From: Cereibacter sphaeroides 2.4.1
GTDB taxonomy: Bacteria > Pseudomonadota > Alphaproteobacteria > Rhodobacterales > Rhodobacteraceae
Direction of reading: 5' to 3'
Assembly: GCF_000012905.2 (NCBI RefSeq)
Contig: NC_007488.2
Span: forward strand, 1 to 32,000
DNA length: 32,000 nt
Part shown: positions 25,690 to 32,000 of the stretch, piece after piece
Position numbering within the stretch: position 1 is the first letter of the stretch
How the letters are laid out: each line of letters starts with the position of its first letter
Translations under genes and position numbers: made by a program
The notes under the pieces: model-generated
Databases searched by the model: none
What the model saw: the letters and a program-made list of their open reading frames with translations, nothing else
What the model was told of the DNA's origin: nothing

Positions 25690-26165
25690 CGCTCGATGCC
25701 GAGCGGGCGGGGCAGGGTCCTCGACGCCTGCGCGCGACTGGGGGCAGGGGTGACAGACGGTCATTTCCCGCTGGCGGTCCGGCAGACCGACAGCGGCATC
25801 CAGACCGACATGAATGCGAAGGAGGTGCTGGCCCATGCGGCCGACATGGCGGCGGGGCAGGGGCCGGGGACGCGCGCGCCGGTCCATCCGAACGATCGCG
25901 TCAACCGCAGCCCGTCCTCGAACGGCCGTCTCCCGACCGTGATGCAGATGGGTCGTGGATGAGGCGCGCGGATCGCGGCCGCGCCCGAGGAGCGGGCGGG
26001 CCTTCGGAGGCATCCCCCGGCTCGGGCGGGCTCATCCAGACGAGAGGGCGCCGGTGTCGCTGTCGCAGAGGGTCGCGGCCGCGGCGGCAGGGTGTTGGAG
26101 GTATTTCGGCGGGGCCGATCCTTTGCGGGGGGATCGGGGAACCTGTTGGTGGGAGCGGTCGGTAA
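25690..26165 (+). pseudogene. Decayed, frameshifted and internally deleted relic of a class II fumarate hydratase (fumC/aspartase family) gene
   Basis: Frame 1 reads HFPLAVRQTDSGIQTDMNAKEVLAHAA...VHPNDRVNRSPSSNGRLPTVMQMG, compared with FumC (E)[26 protein letters not shown]...[24 protein letters not shown]. After a stop, frame 2 reads GRAHPDERAPVSLSQRV, compared with GRTHLQDATPLTLGQEI. A third frame reads LCGGIGEPVGGSG, compared with LGGTAVGTG. Conserved catalytic residues are mutated and about 17 codons are missing between blocks. Confidence 0.6.
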
Positions 26166-26218
26166 GGAGGGGCGCACGGCGGTAGTTAATTAAAACATTC
26201 ATTCGTTTCGTATCGAGT

Positions 26219-26237
26219 TGACTCATTAGTGAAGTCA
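26219..26237. promoter_or_regulatory. LysR-type T-N11-A box / candidate promoter in an AT-rich island
   Basis: TGACT-N9-AGTCA interrupted palindrome, with TTGACT at 26218-26223. It sits inside a roughly 60-bp AT-rich patch (26186-26245) upstream of the LysR gene. Confidence 0.35.
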
Positions 26238-26418
26238 CGCGCAGATGGTGCCGTTGCGCGGGCCGGGCGAGGCGGCTCGGCGCCTGAGGGAGGACAGCAT
26301 GACAAGATCCAGCACCGGCGCTGCGGCGATCCCATCCGCAGCGCCGCCTGCCTCCGCTGGCGCGAGATCGGCTGAGGCGGCTCCGGCGCGGGGCCGCGGG
26401 GGGCTCGCCTATGCCGAG

Positions 26419-27303
26419 ATGAACCCGCGGCAGCTGTGGCATTTCGAGACGCTGGCGCAGATGGGCTCGGGGACGGCGGCCGCGCGCTATCTCGGCATCT
26501 CGCCCTCGGCGCTGGCCCAGAGCATCGCGCGGCTCGAAGGCGAGCTCGGGCTCGATGTCTTCGACCGCAGCACGCGGCCCGCGCGGCTGACCGAGGCGGG
26601 GCAGCTGTTGCTGGACTATGTGGCGCGTTTCGCGGCCGAGACCGAGGCGCTGCGGGAGCGGTTCGCGCAGGAGCGCGGCGAGCAGAGCGGCATCCTGCGG
26701 ATCGGCTGCGGGCCGCGCTGGATGGTCGACATCATCCCGCGCGCGGTCGAGGCCTTCCTGCGGCTCTATCCCGCGATGCGGGTCGCCATCGTGGCCGACC
26801 AGATGACGCGGCTCGCCCAGCGGCTCGAGGACCGGCAGATCGCGCTGATGTTCGGCACGATCGACATGGTGCGCCACTACACGCACCACGAGGTGATCGA
26901 GATGAAGGCGGACCGCTTCACCATCGTGGCGCGCTCGTCGCATCCGCTGCACGGGAAGGGCGCCCTGTCGCTGGCCGAGCTCGCGCGGGAGCGGTGGATC
27001 TTCAGCGATCCCTCCTCCTCCTCGTCGGTGGCGCTGCGCGAACTGCTGCGGCGCACGGGTCTCGCGCCCATCGTGCCGACGGTCGAGCTGTCGGACACGC
27101 TGGCGGTGGCGGCGATGCTGCGGCGGACGGATCTTCTGGCCATCGTCAGCGCCTCGACGGTGCGCACCCTCGACGAGATCGAGGCGCTGCCCATCGACTT
27201 CCAGCTGCCCGAGAGCCGCTCGGGCGTGATCCGGCTGCGCGACCGCAGCCTGAGCGCGGCCGAAAGCGCCTTCATCGACGAGGTTCAGCGCACGTTCCTG
27301 TGA
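26419..27303 (+). CDS. LysR-family transcriptional regulator
   Basis: HTH MNPRQLWHFETLAQMGSGTAAARYLGISPSALAQSIARLEGELGLDVFDRSTRPARLTEAG followed by the LysR substrate-binding domain. The ATG at 26419 gives the canonical N-terminus. Upstream in-frame starts (26299, 26245) would add an Ala/Pro/Arg-rich extension. Confidence 0.85.
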   Translation: MNPRQLWHFETLAQMGSGTAAARYLGISPSALAQSIARLEGELGLDVFDRSTRPARLTEAGQLLLDYVARFAAETEALRERFAQERGEQSGILRIGCGPRWMVDIIPRAVEAFLRLYPAMRVAIVADQMTRLAQRLEDRQIALMFGTIDMVRHYTHHEVIEMKADRFTIVARSSHPLHGKGALSLAELARERWIFSDPSSSSSVALRELLRRTGLAPIVPTVELSDTLAVAAMLRRTDLLAIVSASTVRTLDEIEALPIDFQLPESRSGVIRLRDRSLSAAESAFIDEVQRTFL

Positions 27304-27709
27304 TCGAGCTGCCGATGCGGTGAGGGCCGCAGCGGGATCCGCCGCGCCGCGGAGGCGATGACGCGCGGGCCCTCCGGGGAGCGCATCGGCGCGCGCGCGG
27401 GGCCGCCGGCCGCCTGCGCCGGGCGGAAATCGGCCCGGATCGCGCCTGTCGCCGGGCCCGGGGTCGATCGCGGCCGATCCTGCGGCATCGGCGAGGCGGC
27501 CGGGACCGGGGCGGCGCATCTTCTTCTTCCTCTTCTTCTGGCGAAAGCCGCATCTTTTGGGGTGGGGCCAGCCGTGCTACTGCGGCGACGGCCTTCGGAT
27601 CCGGCGCGGTCGCGCCGGAGGGGGCCGGCGACCCGGCGCGGCAGGTCTGGGACGATCCGGGGCCGTGCGGCCCGAGGGCCGCCCGCGGAGGATCGAGGGG
27701 AAGAGGCGG

Positions 27710-28645
27710 ATGAGCGAGGCTATACGAAGGGCGGAGGCCATCGACTTCGGACCCGACGCGCAGGATCTGCTCTGGCTGTCGCAGGATCCGGTCGCGGTCT
27801 TCGATGCCGAAGACCGGCTCCGCGCCGCCAATCCGGCCTATTGCGCGACCTTCGGCTGCGATCCGGCCGAGGCGCCCTCGTGGCGCCAGATCATGCGGCG
27901 CAATCACGCGATGCGGCAGGGCGCGCTGATCGTCACCGAGGATTTCGAGGGCTGGCTTGCGGCGGCGGCCGCGAGTCGCGGCCGGGTGCCCTTCCGCGCC
28001 TACGAGGCCGCGCTCCACGACGGGCGCTGGATCTGGATCACCGAGACCACGGCGCCCGACGGGCGGATGCTCGTCCATGCGACCGATGTGACGCGGCTGC
28101 GCTCGGAGAGCCTTGCGCTGCGCAGCGAGCGGGATGCGGCGCAGCGGGCCTCCTGGACCGATCCGCTGACCGGGGTGCCGAACCGGCGCTTCGTGATGGA
28201 TCATCTGGAACGCTGGCTGGATCAGCAGCCCCGCCACGGCACCTTCGGCACCCATGCGCTGGCGGTGATGGACCTCGACCGGTTCAAGCAGGTGAACGAC
28301 CTCTATGGCCATACGGCGGGCGATGCGGTGCTGGTCTCCTTCTGCCGCATCACGACGGACAGCATCCGCTCCGTCGACCTGTTCGGCCGGTTCGGCGGCG
28401 AGGAATTCGTGCTGTTCATGCCGAACTGTCCGCTGGAGACCGCGCAGGCGCGGCTCGAGCGGCTGCAGGAGGCGCTGGCTGTGGCGGTGGTCTCGCCCGA
28501 TCTGCCCGCGCTGCGCTGCACCTTCTCGGCCGGGCTCGTCGCGATGCGGCGCGACAAGGACGTGCATCACGCGATCCGCCGCGCCGACCGGCTGCTCTAC
28601 CGCGCCAAGGCCGACGGACGGGCCTGCGTGCGGGCGGAGATATGA
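27710..28645 (+). CDS. PAS-like sensor domain plus GGDEF diguanylate cyclase
   Basis: DPLTGVPNRR, DLDRFKQVNDLYGHTAGD, the active site GGEEF with an RSVD (RxxD) I-site five residues upstream, and RADRLLYRAKADGR. SD GAGGGGAAGAGG upstream. Confidence 0.88.
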   Translation: MSEAIRRAEAIDFGPDAQDLLWLSQDPVAVFDAEDRLRAANPAYCATFGCDPAEAPSWRQIMRRNHAMRQGALIVTEDFEGWLAAAAASRGRVPFRAYEAALHDGRWIWITETTAPDGRMLVHATDVTRLRSESLALRSERDAAQRASWTDPLTGVPNRRFVMDHLERWLDQQPRHGTFGTHALAVMDLDRFKQVNDLYGHTAGDAVLVSFCRITTDSIRSVDLFGRFGGEEFVLFMPNCPLETAQARLERLQEALAVAVVSPDLPALRCTFSAGLVAMRRDKDVHHAIRRADRLLYRAKADGRACVRAEI

Positions 28646-28730
28646 GGCAGGGGAGCGCCCGGAGGCGGGCCGTCCCGGGGGGCGGGGCCGGGTGGACGAC
28701 GCGCGGTGCCTGCGGCCGGAGCGCGGCGGA

Positions 28731-30200
28731 TCAGGCGCGCTCGCGGGCGGCGCGGTCGATCAGGGCGATCCCCTCGGGGATCCGTTCGGCCGAGATCGTG
28801 GCATAGCCCAGCCGGAAGACCGGGCAGCGCGCGGGGGGTGTCTCGAAGAAGACCGAGCCCGGCTCGATCAGCACGCTGTCGGCATGGAGCCGCGCGGCCA
28901 GCGCCTCGCTGTCGGTGCCCTCGGCGCTGACCCAGACGCTGGAGCCGCCCTGCACCGCCGCCCCCTCGATCCTGAGGCTCGAGGCCGCCAGCGCCTCCTC
29001 GAGCACGCGGCGGCGGGCCTTCAGCGTCTGGCGCAGCCGCACGATATGGGCGTCGTAATGGCCGAGCGCGAGGAAATAGGCGGTGATGCGCTGCAGATGG
29101 CTCGGCGGATGGCGCAGGATCATGGCGCGCAGCGCCCGCGCCCGGGCGATGAAGGGGGCAGGGGCCACCATGTAGCCGATGCGCAGGCCCGGAAAGAGCG
29201 ATTTCGAGAAGCTGCCGATGTAGATCACCCGCCCCGATCCGTCGAGCGACTTCAACGCCGGGGCGGGCGGCGCGAGATAGGACATCTCGAAATCGTAATC
29301 GTCCTCGATGATGAGCGCGTCGAGCTCTTCCGCGCGGCGCAGAAGCTCCTGCCGGCGGGCCAGCGGCATGGTGGCGCCGGTGGGGATGTGATGGCTCGGC
29401 GTGGCGATCACGAGGCGCGTGGCCTCGGGCAGCCGCGCCGGATCGAGGCCCATCGCATCGACCGGCAGGAAGTGGATCGGGCTGCTGGCGCGGCGCAGCG
29501 TCTCGGCGAAGTCGGGATAGCCCGGCTCTTCGGTCACGGCGAGCCGGTCGATCCGGGCCAGCAGCTCGACCGCCAGATAGAGCGCGTTCTGCGCGCCGAG
29601 CGTGACCAGCACCTCGTCGGGCTCGGCCTGAAAGCCGCGGCGGGGCAGGGTGTTCGAGCAGATGTAATCGACGAGCAGCGGATCGTCGGCGCCGTAGCGG
29701 TCGGCCGCGAGATCCGAGAAGTCGCGCGTGCCGAGCGCGCGGCGCGCGCAGTCGCGCCAGGCGTGATGGTCGAAGAGGGCGGGATCGACCTGCCCGAAGA
29801 TGAACGGATAGCGGAAGGCGCGCCAGTTCGAGGGCTTGCGGATCACGCGGCGCGGCTGGTCGTGCTCGGCCCACCAGTCCTCCCAGCGCACGAGGCCTGC
29901 CCGCGTGCGGGCGCCCGCCACCGGCTCCATCCGGCGATGCGGCACGGTGGCCGCGACCGCGATGCCGGAGCGGGGCAGGGCCTCGAGATAGCCCTGGCTG
30001 ATGAGATCCTGATAGACGAGCGTCACCGTCATCCGCGACACGCCCAGACCTTGGGCGAGGCGGCGGCTCGAGGGCAGGCGCGCGCCGGGGCGGGCGCGGG
30101 ATTCGAGGATGGCGCGCACCACCGCCGCCGCGAGACGCCCCTGCAGCGTCGGCGCATCGTCGCGCAGGAAGATCGCCTCGATCGGGATCCGGCTCTGCAT
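28731..30200 (-). CDS. MocR-subfamily GntR regulator (wHTH fused to a fold-type I aminotransferase-like domain); possibly TauR-like
   Basis: N-terminal GntR wHTH (LPSSRRLAQGLGVSRMTVTLVYQDLISQGYLEALPRSG). A long linker, then a PLP-domain (ATPSHHIPTGATMPLARRQELL..., YIGSFSKSLFPGLRIGYMVAP with the Lys). Confidence 0.9.
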   Translation of the reverse strand: MQSRIPIEAIFLRDDAPTLQGRLAAAVVRAILESRARPGARLPSSRRLAQGLGVSRMTVTLVYQDLISQGYLEALPRSGIAVAATVPHRRMEPVAGARTRAGLVRWEDWWAEHDQPRRVIRKPSNWRAFRYPFIFGQVDPALFDHHAWRDCARRALGTRDFSDLAADRYGADDPLLVDYICSNTLPRRGFQAEPDEVLVTLGAQNALYLAVELLARIDRLAVTEEPGYPDFAETLRRASSPIHFLPVDAMGLDPARLPEATRLVIATPSHHIPTGATMPLARRQELLRRAEELDALIIEDDYDFEMSYLAPPAPALKSLDGSGRVIYIGSFSKSLFPGLRIGYMVAPAPFIARARALRAMILRHPPSHLQRITAYFLALGHYDAHIVRLRQTLKARRRVLEEALAASSLRIEGAAVQGGSSVWVSAEGTDSEALAARLHADSVLIEPGSVFFETPPARCPVFRLGYATISAERIPEGIALIDRAARERA

Positions 30201-30260
30201 CTGGACCTACATTCGCTCTGAACTGGACATATCCGAGCGGGATCGCTGCGGCAATATGTC
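30201..30260. promoter_or_regulatory. Divergent control region with CTGGAC direct repeats and a GACATAT/ATATGTC inverted repeat
   Basis: CTGGAC at 30201-30206 and 30223-30228 (22-bp period). GACATAT (30226-30232) faces ATATGTC (30254-30260). MocR regulators bind spaced direct repeats. The first repeat, CTGGACCTAC, resembles the TauR site CTGGACYTAA as I recall it. Confidence 0.4.
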
Positions 30261-30309
30261 GTCATGGATTCGCCACAAGAGCGAGCCGCCAACAGAGAGA
30301 GAGACCGAG

Positions 30310-31311
30310 ATGACCCAAGCGCAGACATTCCTCGCCGGAACCGCCCTGGCCCTGCTGGCCGCCCTGCCGGCCTGGGCCGAAGAGTTCCGCATCGCCGTGG
30401 GCGATGGCGCGGGCGGCACGCAGGAGGCGCTCGGCAAGGCCTTCGTCGCGGCGCTCGAGAAGGAGTCGGGCGGCGAGATGACGGGCAAGCTGTTCCTGAA
30501 CGGCCAGCTCGGCGACGAGCAGGACACGGTGACGGCCGCGGCTACCGGCACGCTCGACTTCTCGATCCTCGCGATCAACAACATCACGCCCTTCTCGCCC
30601 TCGGTGGGCACGCTGACGCTGCCCTATGTCATCCTGAGCCAGGAGGATGCCGAGACGGTCACGCAGGGCGAGGTCGGCCGGCAGATGATCGAGAAGACGG
30701 TCGAGGATGCGGGCGTGCGCATCATCGGCTGGGGCTATTCGGGCTTCCGGGTGCTGACCAATTCGAAGAAGCCCGTGGCCTCGGTCGAGGACATGCAGGG
30801 GCTGATCGTGCGCGTGCCCAAGAACGAGATCATGATCGAGACCTACAAGAGCTGGGGCATCAACCCCACGCCGATGGCTTGGGGCGAGACCTTCGCGGCG
30901 CTTCAGCAGAAGGTCGTGGACGGGCAGGACAATCCCTACATGACCGTCTATGCGATGAAGTTCGACGAGGTGCAGAAATATGTCACCGAGCTGCGCTACA
31001 TCTTCTCGATCGAGCCGCTGATCGTGAGCGAGGCCCTGTTCGAGGGGCTGAGCGAGGAGAAGCAGGCGCAGATCCTCGCCGCGGGCGAGGCGGCGACGCA
31101 GGCCTCCTCGGCCTTCCTGCGCGAGCAGGAGAGCCGGATCCGCGACGAGCTGGTGGCGCGCGGCATGGAGATCACGCCGCCCGCGGACGGCGAGAAGGGC
31201 TTCATCGAGCTGGCGACCGCGCAGGTCTGGCCCAAGTTCGCCGACCAGATCGGCGGCATCGAGGTGCTGAACGGCGTCTTGACCTCGCTCGGCCGGCCCA
31301 CCGTCCAGTAA
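30310..31311 (+). CDS. TRAP transporter substrate-binding protein (DctP family); possibly TauK-like
   Basis: Signal peptide MTQAQTFLAGTALALLAALPAWA-EE. DctP-family length and motifs (LRVPKNEIMIETYKSWGINPTPMAWGETFAALQQKVVDGQDNP). The ORF-track start at 30109 is an upstream shadow extension. Confidence 0.9.
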   Translation: MTQAQTFLAGTALALLAALPAWAEEFRIAVGDGAGGTQEALGKAFVAALEKESGGEMTGKLFLNGQLGDEQDTVTAAATGTLDFSILAINNITPFSPSVGTLTLPYVILSQEDAETVTQGEVGRQMIEKTVEDAGVRIIGWGYSGFRVLTNSKKPVASVEDMQGLIVRVPKNEIMIETYKSWGINPTPMAWGETFAALQQKVVDGQDNPYMTVYAMKFDEVQKYVTELRYIFSIEPLIVSEALFEGLSEEKQAQILAAGEAATQASSAFLREQESRIRDELVARGMEITPPADGEKGFIELATAQVWPKFADQIGGIEVLNGVLTSLGRPTVQ

Positions 31312-31363
31312 CCGCCCGTCCCGTCCCGCGACGCATCTTCCAGCCCTCTGTCGGAGGTCTTCC

Positions 31364-31924
31364 ATGCCTGCTGTCTGGTCGTTCCTGGACAGGTTCGAAA
31401 GCCATGTCTGCCGGGTGATCCTCGCCCTTTTCGTCACGCTGCTCTTCGTGCAGATCGTCGCCCGGCAGGCCTTCGGCTTCTCGATCACCTGGATCGAGGA
31501 ACTGTCGGTCATCCTGTTCGTGTGGTTCGCCTATTTCGGGGCCGCCTATGCGGCCCGGATCGCGGCCCACAACCGGGTGTCGTTCCATCTGAACGCGCTG
31601 CCCCGCGCCAAGGCGCGCCTCGTCGAGGCGGTGGGCGACCTGTTCTGGATCGGCTTCAACCTCGTCTTCATCTGGCAGTCGGTCCAGTTCATCGACCGGC
31701 TGAAGCCCTTCGTGAAGGCGCAGACGCTGGGCTGGCAGATGCGCTACGTCTATCTCGTGCTGCCCATCGCCTTCGCGCTGATGACGCTGCGCATCCTGCA
31801 GGTCAATTACATGAAGCTCGTGCAGGGCGTCGATCCGCGCGACCCCGACCGCGCCGAGGTCGAGGACATGATGGAACTGGCCGAGGACGAGATCCGCCAC
31901 TTCGACGCGCGGGGTCGCAAGTGA
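31364..31924 (+). CDS. TRAP transporter small permease (DctQ family)
   Basis: Four-TM protein, WIEELSVILFVWFAYFGAAYA motif, located between the dctP-like and dctM-like genes. Confidence 0.88.
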   Translation: MPAVWSFLDRFESHVCRVILALFVTLLFVQIVARQAFGFSITWIEELSVILFVWFAYFGAAYAARIAAHNRVSFHLNALPRAKARLVEAVGDLFWIGFNLVFIWQSVQFIDRLKPFVKAQTLGWQMRYVYLVLPIAFALMTLRILQVNYMKLVQGVDPRDPDRAEVEDMMELAEDEIRHFDARGRK

Positions 31925-32000
31925 TGGACGGCCTTTTGATCGAAATCCTGTTCGGGGCCTTCTTCGCCCTCATGCTTCTCGGCGCGCCGATCACCGTGGC
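31924..32000 (+). CDS. TRAP transporter large permease (DctM family), 5-prime fragment truncated by the window end
   Basis: The ATG at 31924 overlaps the dctQ stop (GTGATGG). MDGLLIEILFGAFFALMLLGAPITV is a typical DctM N-terminus. Confidence 0.7.
   Translation, partial: MDGLLIEILFGAFFALMLLGAPITV

Noticed and set aside
26245-26418. 58-aa N-terminal extension of the LysR regulator
   Set aside because: The LysR HTH begins at the internal MNPRQLWHFE (26419). The extension is Ala/Pro/Arg-rich and unlike LTTR N-termini, although use of the ATG at 26299 cannot be excluded from sequence alone.

Overview
High-GC alphaproteobacterial (Rhodobacteraceae-like) DNA from an accessory replicon. A complete repABC replication/partition cassette sits at 20.5-24.4 kb: repA, repB, a predicted antisense ctRNA, repC, and two perfect 16-bp parS palindromes. 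In order, the window holds: (1) a frameshifted ISNCY-like insertion sequence at the left edge. (2) An orphan bactofilin gene. (3) Three ~80-bp tandem repeats, each carrying a CTCCTC/GAGGAG hairpin. (4) A ten-gene co-directional operon (2.66-13.26 kb) encoding a DeoR regulator, a sugar-type ABC importer, a Zn-alcohol dehydrogenase, a GabD-like aldehyde dehydrogenase, a tartrate/D-malate dehydrogenase-family enzyme, a YihT-like class I aldolase and a YihV-like PfkB kinase. (5) An acyltransferase-3 gene plus a secreted beta-helix protein. (6) An AbrB-family membrane protein, the MFS gene fsr and a TspO-like membrane protein. (7) The repABC unit. (8) About 1.7 kb of apparently decayed DNA that includes a fumC relic. 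(9) A LysR regulator and a PAS-GGDEF cyclase. (10) A MocR-type regulator divergent from a DctPQM TRAP transporter, which looks TauR/TauKLM-like. The most interesting candidate is the operon in (4). It resembles the core of sulfoglycolysis (sulfo-EMP aldolase and kinase, a sulfolactaldehyde-dehydrogenase-like ALDH, a DeoR regulator). It lacks the canonical sulfoquinovosidase, mutarotase and isomerase and carries a Zn-ADH and an isopropylmalate-dehydrogenase-family enzyme instead. All functional calls come from reading the translated ORFs and recalling family motifs; no database search was run. Many very long ORFs in the track are antisense or shadow frames typical of high-GC DNA and were rejected.
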